A DNA stretch of 63,993 nt, filler included, from Basidiobolus ranarum (lineage: Eukaryota): NCBI GenBank assembly GCA_040143965.1. It is 5 parts of 5 records of this genome, joined end to end, with 100 filler letters (N's around TTAATTAATTAA, not from the genome) between each part and the next. Parts side by side here need not be neighbours in the genome. Positions count along the whole stretch, not along the records: positions 12,880 to 25,654 come from JASJQH010007397.1; 4 more parts are not named here. One strand, written 5' to 3'. A program made the translations under genes and the position numbers. The notes beneath the pieces were generated by a model. That model saw nothing but the letters and a program-made list of their open reading frames with translations, was not told the origin of the DNA and did no database searches. Shown here in pieces: positions 13,444 to 25,754 of this stretch (position 1 is its first letter; every line of letters begins with the position of its first letter).

Positions 13444-14064
13444 TTACTGTCTTTCGTAAGAATTGCTATGCTCATCAGAGACAAAGGCACTCTCTTGCTC
13501 TGGCTCAGGATCAATGGGCTTAGCCTCGTTCGTATTTGAAATAGCTGAAGCGAAAACTTCAGCTAATGGTGCAAATAAAGCTGGAGTAAAACTTGCAACA
13601 TCCCAGCTAAACTCACCAGCCGGACCATCCTCGTCATAAAGAGTAAAATCTTCCCAAGGAAGTTCAGGATCATTTTGCTGTGGTTGTGTAGCATATGCTG
13701 CTATCGGAGTATTAGCAGCGTTGGCAAAATAAGATGGGGCATTGGGATGAAAGAATTCCCCAAATAGCTGGGTATTAGAAGGTAAAGGATAATAAGAATC
13801 GGCAGTAGCTGTATGAAAGCGAGAGCGAGTATCATTATTTAATCTAGTAACGCCAGCTGTGGAGCTTTGAGGCATCAACGAACCACGGAAACGGTGAAGC
13901 ACTGGGGTCAGCACGTTAGAAGGAGTAGCGCTACGACCACTGGAATTGGTACTCAACTGTCTGATAACTGTGCTTGTCAGTGGACGTGGAACAGTTTGAC
14001 GTGTAGAACGCGCCACTAAGGGACGTACAGTATTTGTGTTGAAGCGTGACTTTTGAAACAACAT
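13444..14064 (-). CDS. Hypothetical 206-aa protein; basic S/T/R/P-rich N-half, acidic C-half
   Basis: Uninterrupted ATG-initiated ORF in otherwise ORF-poor DNA; no recognisable domain. Confidence 0.5.
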   Translation of the reverse strand: MLFQKSRFNTNTVRPLVARSTRQTVPRPLTSTVIRQLSTNSSGRSATPSNVLTPVLHRFRGSLMPQSSTAGVTRLNNDTRSRFHTATADSYYPLPSNTQLFGEFFHPNAPSYFANAANTPIAAYATQPQQNDPELPWEDFTLYDEDGPAGEFSWDVASFTPALFAPLAEVFASAISNTNEAKPIDPEPEQESAFVSDEHSNSYERQ

Positions 14065-16768
14065 GTCAGAATTTGAGCGATCGGCTGATACTGGTTTGAA
14101 TTTCAGGGTTTCAACAGTGGTTTTAGTCTAAAGGCTGAAGTAGCGAGCACCAGAAATGATAAATAAAGGTGCAACAGTTTTGTTATTTAAAAGGGTTGGG
14201 TAGTAAAGCGCACAAAAGAATCAAGGAAGCTACTAGCTAATTGAACTTGACAGAATCTACTTAATCAAGAAAGTGGAGTCGTTGGTTATGTACAAAAGTT
14301 ATGAGTAGGTACCCGATTAATAAGCGTGTTACTTGGAGTATAGTCAAAAGCTTCTCCGGATTATGCTCGGTGTACTGGCCGAGTCAAATAAAGTTATCAA
14401 TGGTTAAAGAAAACGAAACAAGATTTAGAAACGTAAGGAACTCGAGGATCTTAAGAATTGTCGATTTTTAAAGTTGAGAGTCGATATTCCAACACTTCCA
14501 TTTGATTGGAGCAATTGTCCCCATTGACTTAGAGATCACCAAGATCAAGAGCCAGCAAATCAAAGGAGTATTGGGAGGATCCGTAACAGGAATGCCAGTG
14601 AAAGCCACACAAATGACATTCCCGGCTGTAATTGGCGAAAGGCAACTTTGAGCACCCATATAGCTATCCTTATACACACCACTTTGAGCCATTTCTATGT
14701 ATGGGTCCAGGTGACTTTGGGAAGTAGGACCAAAAAAAATCGATCATTTATTTAAATGTAAGACATAGGAGGACGATATTTGTGACAAGGCTGGGGATAC
14801 ACATGACCTATTGAGCAGATCAAAACGGGAAACACACAAAGTGTGATGGCCTTTTATGCTATTAAAACCCTATAGGACGTAAACGAACAAATACTAGTGG
14901 AAGTCAGTTTAAACGGGTGCCACAGGCTTTGACATATTCAGACTGGAGTTGTGAAGCTTGGCTGAGACACAACCTTATATCGCTCGAAAAGAAACGGAGT
15001 TATGCGGGGCTAATTTGTAAGTATGCGTGCTTTCTTCGACCTCGGGGAATAGCGTAGTGCCTCTCGAAATTTGGTTTCATTCCCTCAGCCCAACTTAACA
15101 ACCGCACATGCACCTAGTATCCACGGATTCCGTACGACATACTGACATCGAGTAAACGAAGCTCGTTGCGTGGTAATATACTCTGCAACAAAACGTAGTA
15201 AATAAAGCCACTGTTATGGCCGTATTAAACTCTAAAATGAACATTCAATGAATCTGCTTCTAAAATCGGAATGAACCCGGTCTCTCGATGGGTATATTCA
15301 TCCAAATGAAGGTCTACATTAACCACTCAGCGTCTTGCGCCAATTAAAACGATGGCAATGATTTGGGGAGAGCGGAATGGGAATTCTCCGGAAAGGTCAC
15401 GCCCATACCAGCAATGGTGTGAACAAGGGACTTGATTATGAACACTCATTTTGAATTTCTATTGACTCATTACTGGTGGCTCTCCTGATATGTCTTCGAT
15501 TTCTAGTCACCCGACTGTTAAATGAGATTAACCGTGCAACATAGGCGATTGCCGCCGAGAAAGCAGGGTTGACTTACTATCCAGGTATTGCCAAGAGTTT
15601 CAGAACCTCCCTGTCATCAGAGTGCATAATCGAGTTGCTTGACCTATATTGGTAGATTACATTTTCATTGCATGGAGGGTTCGGCAGATTCGGGAATCAA
15701 AGAGCCTTGAAATCATTCTGTAATTAGCAACAGTTGACTGGGTGAAGGTCATATCCGTTTAGGTAGTACTTCGTTCATGTGCGCAGTTTGACCAATAGCT
15801 ACATTGGGTGGATATCAATATAAACCCACCAGCTGTCTTGTTCTCTCGCTGCAAACTTCCACTTTGTGGATTAAGGGACTAGTCTTGACCTACACATCAC
15901 TTCCAGCTGTGGCCACTAGTTTGCAAACATGTGACCAACAGAGGAGTAGACTTTGTTTTCAATCAAATTTGCAAGTGAATATGTTGATGTATGGGACAGC
16001 ACCGAGTTTATGATTTTAGATCGAACACTACAGAAAATTCGCTAAAATAATGATTCTTAGTTTTAACCCCGCTTGAGCATACAATGTGGAATTCAGAGTT
16101 TTCAACTTGCGGCTTCGATTTTCTCAATCTTTAGGACAGTGAATGCATATTTGATTTAATGATAAACGTGTTTAACTAGGCCACTCTCAATTTGAAGTTT
16201 TTAAGGAGCTGAGGGTTGGTTATCACTACGGTACATCTTCTCTGGGGAACTTTATTTAGCAAAGGAATAATGAAGCGAAAAGCTTCATGCTTCTTAAAAC
16301 GGTTGACAACTAGCTCATGCATTACAGTATTTTATGTGTAGCGCTGAACTGCCTATTCATCACAGTGTATTGTACCTTGGAAATCAGAAACGAAGATAAC
16401 GCTTTTGAGATCATTTAAAGTTATCAGCTACTAAGCTCAAAGAGTAAATATTACATCAGTGATGAAGCTTGGAAAGTTCTGTTCTCGTGCCACTCTATAA
16501 TAGTTGATGGATTAAGCAACATTCATTACCATACGATACTGAACTGGCAAACGAATAAAAATAAATTTACAAGACAACATCAATGCTACTTAATCCATTT
16601 AACTTAAGCAGATTTTTGAAGTCCTCTCCAGTTTAGATCTACCCAATGAAAATGGAATAAGATAAAAATCCTTTTGGGACCCGGTTCCGTATAAATATAA
16701 GAATGAATCGGTTAGAAACTCTCCTTTTCGCTTGTTTAGCGCTTCGTCTAGGTGTACAATCGTAAAAC

Positions 16769-17168
16769 ATGGTGGTAAGTGACATGACATCTTACGTAGT
16801 TGCTGGGAAGACTCGACAGCGAGCTTCTCTTTTTCATTGCGTACAACTGTTTTAACAATTGGATGGGATGATGTTATTCAATGGATAACTTGGCTAAAAT
16901 ATTGATTGAATTCTTATAGTTGGCTGTCGATCTCCTTAATCCCACTCTCGAACACGAGAAGAATACTCACAAGCTCAAGCGCTTGGTGCAATCTCCTAAC
17001 TCCTACTTCATGGACGTTAAGTGCCCCGGTTGTTTCAACATTACTACCGTTTTCTCCCATGCTCAAACTGTTGTCCTTTGTGGCTCCTGCGCTACTGTTC
17101 TTTGCCAACCTACTGGTGGTCGTGCTCGTTTGACCGAAGGTTGTTCTTTCCGTAAGAAGGCCAACTAA
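16769..17168 (+). CDS. RPS27: 40S ribosomal protein S27 (eS27), 2 exons
   Basis: ATG GTG|GTAAGT intron 16775-16919 ...TAG|TTG gives [10 protein letters not shown]...[10 protein letters not shown]...[37 protein letters not shown] at ~16690. Confidence 0.98.
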
Positions 17169-17849
17169 TTCTCTTATTAATTAGTAGGCATGGCATTAGA
17201 CGCCTGTAAGGCTTCTTCTACAATGATTGAAAAATGTTACACTTATTAGAAGTTAAGCATCGCTTAGTACATTGTTTTAGAATACCAACATGACAATAAA
17301 GCACCTCTTTTTTACGAGATGTATTTAATTTTCATGCGATTAATGCTTCTCTACTTTTTTATGCATAATTATATTTTGAATTATACCAAGTACACTATTC
17401 CCGAATAGAATAACCCATCGCGGCCTTAAATACTTGAATACAGTTGATAAAACCAATGTCATTTCGAAAGAAATATGATGCAGGTAACTAGGTTTGAACA
17501 ATCAAGATTTGTTGAAGAAACTGGACTGATGGGCAGGGTTATGGAATTGTTGCTTGTATGAAGGTTATTTTCAATGCAGATGAGGTAAAATGTACATTGA
17601 TCTTGAAGGAATATCAATTTCCCAAGTATCATCCATTGCATCATTTACTCAACCTCTCCCTCTCTTTTGGTACGAGATATGTACATCGTGTCACGCTGTA
17701 TAGCATTTACTTTAATGTACAGATATTTCATCATAAAGTAACCATTTGTTTCTAGTAACTACACGTGTATTTGAGAGCTGTAATGAATTAAACTTTATTG
17801 AATTAAGTCAATCTTCCCCATAGTTTGACCCGGCAAGGCTGTTGCACTG

Positions 17850-19280
17850 ACATATTCGAAAGAGTTCTCGTTCGCTGCTACCAGCTCCTGGGGAAGCTCA
17901 GGCCTAATCTAAATGATTTGATTTGATGGGTTTAGAGTTGTCCCGTTCGTTATCGCAGTACCCATGAATACTACGCTTCATTGTTTCCAGAACAGTAAAC
18001 GGTTCCTATATTCTTACAGGCTCCCTGATTGAGGTATCTCACTACTTGTAATTCACAAATTTTTATCTCCTAAATATATACTAATTTACGCCAAAAGTAA
18101 TGCAAATCCTCTTTCTTTGAACAGTTTTGGACCATCGCATTCAGATATAGTGAAAATCAGCATGATTTCGTGGCTAGGTGAGCCTGACGAGTACATCGAA
18201 GATTATTGCGATTAACGTCACTTCTCAAAACGACCTGGAAACACGGTGACACCAGAGATATCAGGTCGTTATCAATTCTAGGCAACCCATTAACTTTGGT
18301 ACGTGGTTATTGAGGAGGTGACTTTCTTGGACTGCGAATTTAGCCTATGTTAATTACGCGGGAATGCAATCAATGGATTCGTGTGGGCAATTGCATCATC
18401 TTACATCACTCTACGTCGAGAAATTCCAGCTTGAGGAATCTCTATAATGGCTGTGTTACTTGGGATATGGCCGTAGAGTTGAGCTGATATTCAGTTCTCA
18501 TTTCAAAGAAATCACAAAATTACTTCATATCTGACCAAGAATTGACTTTGGCACACCCACATGTAAAAATAAGAATGCCAATGTCTTATCGTAGTTCCGG
18601 TATTTGCGTCTAGTTTTGCCGGTATCAACTGTCATAATGGTAATGTGTATAGCTCGTACTTGCCTACATGCATAGATAGTGTATGAGGATAGGGTTCCCA
18701 ATAATAGAATCGTAGTAGTGCGTTTCATGTGTGGTGTTTGACTGCCAGATGTGATGAATCAATTCACATGGCAGTCTCTAACAATCAGTAAAGATCCGCC
18801 TCACTGGAAGCTATTCGTGGACCGACTGCGTACACCTACCACAAACATTACCTCACGTCATGTAAACTATAAAGTAGCATTTGAGCCGAGCACATTTCGA
18901 AACCAAGCTGAGCCCTAATGATATGATATGGTGTGGTAATCTGAAATCTGTGCGTTTTGATCAGGCCATCGTCGAATTGATGTGCAATAAGCTCTTGCCC
19001 ACATCTGCGCATAATGGCAACATGCTTTACATACACCATTCTGGGTATGAGCAAAGTACGATCTCAGAGATTCGACCAATATAGATGAGTTTGCGATATG
19101 AGTTGGATAACGTCTCCATCCTAAATAGGTCATTGTTATGGGATATTGCTTGGAATTCGATGAAGGTACTTTTCTTGGGCGTTACATCATCATTTACTTT
19201 TATTAGATTTAGGGTATTGGCCTGCACACCACATCCCCACCCTATTAAGTCTGGGGATATCCTTATTAACTAGAGGAGCA
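17850..19280 (+). pseudogene. Possible decayed leucine-rich-repeat (F-box/RNI-like) gene
   Basis: LRR-like fragments in different frames (IEEVTFLDC, SLRNLYNGC, FKEITKLLHI, CGNLKSVRFD) separated by stops and frameshifts. Confidence 0.3.
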
Positions 19281-19837
19281 CATTTTTCAGCTTCTCTGAC
19301 TGAGACTATATTCAGGATTGGCTAAGCAGATAAACATCATTCAACGTATAATTAGTCTATGACTAATAATAACTAGGTGCTGGCCTCATCTTGTTTCAAA
19401 AATTCTCTTGGTGATTGGCTGGATTTCTCTGTCTGTTGTCCTCCTTTCATGGCGAGATTTGGCCATGTTGAAAGTGGAACTGTGCCAGAATCTACACTAT
19501 AACTGACACCGAGGTCATGAGTATGTATTTCATGAGTTTATGGTTATCTTGATATCATGTGACTGGATCAGAGCTGCAAATTCGATGATTATCATCCTAC
19601 TGGATGATGACACAATCACCACGAAATTGAATTCAAATAGGTAGTAGGAATGGATAAATACTATGATCACGGTGAGCCAATCACTGAGCATGGTCAGTAA
19701 TATGAGTTAGAACGGCGCCTGGCAGTCCAGTACTATTGATTCAATCAACGATCCCCATCGTATATAAAGAGCTGTCGTGTATGTATAATCAACGCACCAT
19801 TCACTTTCCATTCATTACACCTTGCCAAATTACAGTC

Positions 19838-20620
19838 ATGTCTTCAACCAAAGAACACCAAAAGGAAAATCCTTTCCAATCTCGTCATTCCAAATTAACC
19901 AGAAGATTCGATGAACCTACACTTTTTACCGCTCTTCCTACCTTCACCACTGAGGCTCCTGCTAACTCGTTCAACCATCTGCTAAGTGAGGAATCAACGA
20001 CGCACAGTCTTAGTAGTAAGAATGAATATATAAAAAACAATCAAAAGCAATCGATTGACAAATGCTTCAAGTGGTGTTCAAAAGGATCTAATGGGCAAGA
20101 ATCTTGCAAGTCATTTTGTATTAAGAGAGACAAGGTAAGACTCACTGATTCTTCATATCAGTGTAACGAATTCAAACTAATATTTTCAAATGAAGGATCA
20201 AGCCAGCTGGAATCCATTCAACGGTGTTAGTCTTCGATACACAGAAAGTGGTGACGACCAACAAGACACCCACGGATCCACAACATCAAATGCAGTCACG
20301 ACGACCTCGGCGAAAAATCCAAGTGAGTACCAAGTTGACCTTGGCAACTCCGTACAACATGTGAAAGATCACTGTAAGCATGCAATTAGAACATGTTATA
20401 TGTATTTGACTTCTCTCTAACCTCTCTCCTATTTTTAGTCAAAAAAATACTCACTCCTGGATATGAACTGGGATGCAGGTACATTATGAGTTGGAAGGAT
20501 GGGTCGCAAGCAGCCTTTTTCGAACGTTTAAAAGAGAATGTCAAGCAGGGCGAAGCCTGGATACTAGCAAAGGGAAGTGTTCTAAAGATGATAGAGACAA
20601 TACGCAGCGAGAGAAAGTAG
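19838..20620 (+). CDS. Hypothetical protein with a twin CX3C motif, 3 exons
   Basis: Exons 19838-20134, 20196-20373 and 20439-20620 join in frame through GTAAG...AG introns with CTAA branch-like sites. Contains CFKWC-x9-CKSFC and a C-terminal YIMSWKDGSQAAFFERL segment. Confidence 0.8.
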
Positions 20621-23600
20621 GAGCTACGCTTATTTCGAAACCATTTGTATATTACCCTTCTACAAGACCCACTATATGAAAGCGCGTACATCTTTTGCTT
20701 ATATATTAAACCCACATCTTGTCAAATTTCCCATCAAACCAAAGCATTCTATTAATCTCACATGTAGCATTGTTAGCCTTACTTTAATTTCTACCATCAA
20801 AACTAGTACATGCACAGAACTAGTGGTGATAACTATTTATCTAGTATCCAAGAATAAAGTAGCAACTAGTTCACAATTGACGCGAGCAGCCGATACTCAG
20901 ACATTGTCCCACCATATTTAGTATACTAGAAGAGGTGGCCCCCGACACCCCAATATATTACCCTATTTGTGGTAAAAGATTGATATTAAATACTTGGATC
21001 CTTTGGATGGTAACTGCTTTCGATTCTTAATATACTCCAGGATTGATTGATTATCTTCTATTAAAGCTATTATAAAATGCGGATACTACACAGATTTAAT
21101 ATATACTCCCTACATGTGCATTGACTAGCTCTACTCATCTGCGAATAAATTTATCCAGCAAGACTGTGTTCTAGATCATCAGGGGGATAAAGATCAGGAT
21201 ATAACTAGCTACTCGGATATCATTCGGGAGAGTGCACTATGTTGAGCATACCCCTCAAATCCAAATACTTCCAAATGCGATATATACGACTCGGACGACT
21301 GGTAGATGGATCTACAATGGTTCAGAGGTATCCAACAATCTACCCCTAGTTCTGAGTGCTCTGCTGATGGGTAGTGTTCATCTTACGAAGTATGAGCAAT
21401 CATTAGTAATCGCGAGCTGTATTGGTTGCTTGGTTAAACTTACTCGTTCTGTTCATATGTTCTCTTCGTGTCATAGAGTGGACGTGACTCTTGGATAATA
21501 ATCTCATCTTGAGCCACACCACATATCTATATACACTTGCTATTATAATCCGATGTTTCGAAAGACATCGAATGTTAGTCACATACAATGAATGGAATTG
21601 AATAGAAAAATGAGCGGAATATTGAATAAATTCATTTGGTTTATCATTCTAGGTTCTGTTTATTAAACCCATGATTTTACAATCCATCTCATCTATCCCT
21701 ACTATCATTGACCGTGAGTTTTGGTAATGGCCTGTTGATATGCCCTCAACTCCAAACCCGATCTGTATAAGCATTCTGAACAACAAATATTCAGTCCCTA
21801 TTGAACCTGCAGATTCAACAAGGGATCTACCAGTAGAATAGAAAACCCCTTTAAACGTATGAATCGGTGAATGTCAAGATTATATTCCAGATGTCTTGAT
21901 TACAATCAAATCAACAGGTGGGGAAATGTGTGAACAACCTAGATACCACCAGTGTAGAATTACAAGAACCGAGTGACCACAACAACAGCTTTGTGAACAT
22001 GAGGTACTAGGTGATACGTAACTGGTTAGGAAGGGTATATTGTAGCATATCAAAAGCAACCGCAAGGAGCACTAAATTGATGGGCCTTTCATGACTATGC
22101 TAGTATAAATCTCTGGAGATGTCAATACTAAGAAATTGAAGTTTATTTTTTTTTGGGGGGGGGATAGTGATGATTAATGATATGCTTATAACTCCTCAGA
22201 ATTCTATGGAATACATAAACTCACTTTCTCAGCGGCTTAATCCAAGTATACCAGATAAAAATACCATCATGTGCTCATTATGACATGTAAAAGCGGGTCA
22301 GTCGTATCTACGAGACAGGCCAATGTCCATCCTAATTGCACATTCCTAGTATACTATTCCACATCGAGCTGAATAATTTGACATGCCCTGAGTGATATCA
22401 GCATTTGATATGACAGCTGTTGGTGTTCTTACTAACTTCAGGAAAAAGTATGAAACTTATTTTCTGAAGACTATCAAAAACTCCTTCTAATAGTACCGAA
22501 TGTTCAAGGTTAATATCATCCTAATGAAAGATCTGAATGTGTATAATATCTTTCCTACAAATGCTAGTGTTTGAAATAAAGGACTACTGTTTATCAATTA
22601 GCTGTTGGCAGGCTGTCAAGAGCGAGACGGATTTACAGAGGGATTGAGATGAATATATGTTATAGACAAATCGATAGATCCAGTCTAATGAACTTAAAAT
22701 CATGTCATTGAACGATGTAATATCTAATTTAAATAATTGGATAAAGTGGAGGTCCAGATGCTACAATAAAAGCAGTCACAAAAGCATTACTTGTGGATCT
22801 TGATTTACATTAAGCGCATGTTTGGACTGCTGCTATCATAGTTCTATTTGTTCAATATAATCTGTTCCGAAGCGGCAGTTTCAACACATTCACTCTGGAT
22901 AAACGCCTGGTAAGTAGGTTATAATGTGTGCCTAAACTATAGTACGTGTATTGAAGATACCATGGATCAATGATTGACTTGCGCTCTACTTAGCTTGGAA
23001 ATCTCAATGTACGAGTGCTTTATTCATGGCTATTCTTCTCACTGATATTACTCAATTCTGTCTTACATTCTCTGCAATACTGACTACGAGCTAAGGGTTC
23101 AGAAGAATCCAAACTAAGTCATTTGTAGTCAAGATATCCTTGACTTTCTATCTCTGTCAGGTGATGATTGTTTACTAGCTATGGCGCTAAGTATGATGAT
23201 AGTATACCGATTGTTTTACTGGAGAAGCAATCGATATTGATTTGTCACTTCGTACTGATCGCGATTGGGCTATTTTACGCGCAATAAGATGCTCCAGTAG
23301 CGAGTGCGGTAATCAGTGATTGATCCTGTCAACATTTAAGGGTAATTTGATTTCTACAGCACAGCACAATAAGTGTGCGTATCAGTCCAGTCGAAAGAGG
23401 AACGTTGGCTGTCTTAGACGGCAGGCATTGAGACAACTACGTAATGAGGCCACCCAAATTGAAATTGGATTGGCAAGGAGGAGTTTGGGTTATTGATATC
23501 AAGAATCGGTGTATAAATTCAGTCTGGGTTCAAGGTCAAGTGACTCTCCAAGCAATGGACTCTAGCTGACCAGGTGGGCGATTTTTCATCTCTCAAACCC

Positions 23601-23936
23601 AATACAACCCTGAATCCAATGATTATTGGTTGTACATACACATTTTCTAGTGAGAGTAAGCGCAGCTTTTGAGTTGCTTAATCTATCAACAAAATGACTC
23701 GACCATGCTTCTAGCAATTCGAGTCAACTCGGACACTACTGGACTATTAAGGAAAGCGGATCCATCAAAGCGTCGATAGTATCACATGGCACCTGGGATG
23801 AATACAAAAGCGCAAGGCTACCTCCTTCAGCCTCTATTTCTTTATCGCTAATCATCCAATTCTAGTACTATTGTATACTTCCCTTTTGCGCTTGTAGATT
23901 GTTCAGATACAGTGGAAATTACTTGGTTCAGTGGAA

Positions 23937-24329
23937 ATGAACGCTCCAACTACAACCATGTCAGCTGGAAATGCAAATGATCATAATTCCGGACCGAGTG
24001 ATCTGCTCTTTACCGTCTTGGGAACGGTGGCCGTCTTCTTGGTATTCGCGGCTGTATTTGGGATCAGATTCTGGAAGAACCGAAAGCAGGCACAAGAATT
24101 AAAGCGTAGAGTTGATCTAACCTTAGACAACCTCTCTCATGGATACCCCAAATTTCCGCAGTGTGCAAAATTACCCTCCTACACAGCACACAACTCACAA
24201 ACTACACTACCTTTAGCATTAGTTGAGTCTATCACTAAGCAAATGAGAGTTCATGATTCAATAATTCACATAGGTAGCGACACAAACTATAACGACACAC
24301 GGAGTGTAAATCCACCTCTCTATACATAA
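23937..24329 (+). CDS. Small single-pass membrane protein with PY-like motifs
   Basis: One TM segment (LLFTVLGTVAVFLVFAAVFGI) followed by basic RFWKNRK; LPSY and C-terminal PPLY. First ATG at 23937. Confidence 0.7.
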   Translation: MNAPTTTMSAGNANDHNSGPSDLLFTVLGTVAVFLVFAAVFGIRFWKNRKQAQELKRRVDLTLDNLSHGYPKFPQCAKLPSYTAHNSQTTLPLALVESITKQMRVHDSIIHIGSDTNYNDTRSVNPPLYT

Positions 24330-25654
24330 CCCTCCACCACAGGCTCATCAGTTGAGAATGCCTCGATTTCAAATCCAAAATCCTGAACATAAGTCTGGCC
24401 GTCCAGTCGTGTGGATATGAGCTTTGATTCCTGGTAGCTCGATTGGTCACGTTTTCCACCCTGGCCTCATCGTGCTCGCTGATGTAACAATCAAGTGAGG
24501 TAAATCCTTGCCAAGTAAATATATGTACAGCTAATTAAAGTAAACTAAGAAATCAACCGAAGCCTTTGAATCGAAAGGCATTTTGCGTATTCCATTTTAT
24601 CTGCTATCGAAGTGGGAGGCGAGACCTTATTTATTTACACCTAGCATCGCCCACCATCCTATATATAAAATGTATATTGGAAAAGTATAAATGACTAATA
24701 AAATAAATTCACTTTTTAAAGTTTCCAAAGGACATCAGAATGCTGCCAATGGATGAATATCGCCATTGAGCATGATGAATCTTATTGTGTTACAGTTAAA
24801 AGAAATTCTAAAAATACTTTGATGGATTACTAGAGAACACCATCAGTGGATCGGTACTCTCGATGGATATTCCCAGCGATCTACCTCTGCCTATCATGCA
24901 AGTGTGATGTTTAATACATATAGTATTCATACTAATTCATTTCGTATGAGGCTGTAGTTTATATTCTTAGCTCACTCGGAGAATAGATTAGTCTGATGTT
25001 AAATCCACTCCAAGAATATATCCTTTTCTATACACAGCATGACTCAAGATTAACACACTAGGCACGGGATTGGAGATGCGAGAAGTTAGTGAATGCTGCC
25101 ATGTAACGCTAGCAGCGAGTTAAAAAGTTGTTGGATCACTAGGTGCAAACTTCTACCTACTAGCAAAGGGGAGTATTAATGGGAATGAAGTGTCAAACGC
25201 ACTCAATAGAGAATGATTCTATCCATTGTGATATCTAGAAACAACGATGAATTTTAACTGGTGCCTCTAGTATCTGACTCTACTTTCATGCATAAAGTCA
25301 ACTTTCGCGTATTGCTGGCATCATTAATCTGAGATCTTTTTACATCTCTACTATCTCCTCTTATGATAGTGTTACATGAAATGATCATAAATGCTGTTGC
25401 AAGTACTAATTGTGAAGCTTCAAAAATGATGTAATTTTAGCAGTATCTTGGATCTCATTGTTAAAGTATTTGGGAGCCTGTTGGAGGTGGTTTGGAGAAT
25501 TAGAGGAATTGGTGGTTTTCACTTGTTGATTTATTGAGTATTCAGTTGACATTTATAGTTTTGTCAAGATGTAAACAAACTAACGTGTAGAATATGTTAA
25601 GGAAGGTCCCAGGAACATGTGTGCAAAGTTTGGGGCTTCTTTGAAAAATCTATA

Positions 25655-25754
25655 NNNNNNNNNNNNNNNNNNNNNNNNNNNNNNNNNNNNNNNNNNNNTT
25701 AATTAATTAANNNNNNNNNNNNNNNNNNNNNNNNNNNNNNNNNNNNNNNNNNNN
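25655..25754. other. Artificial contig linker
   Basis: N44-TTAATTAATTAA-N44. Confidence 0.98.

Noticed and set aside
14400-16100. Possible pseudogene fragments (e.g. ICVAFTGIP)
   Set aside because: A single weak motif with no collinear support.
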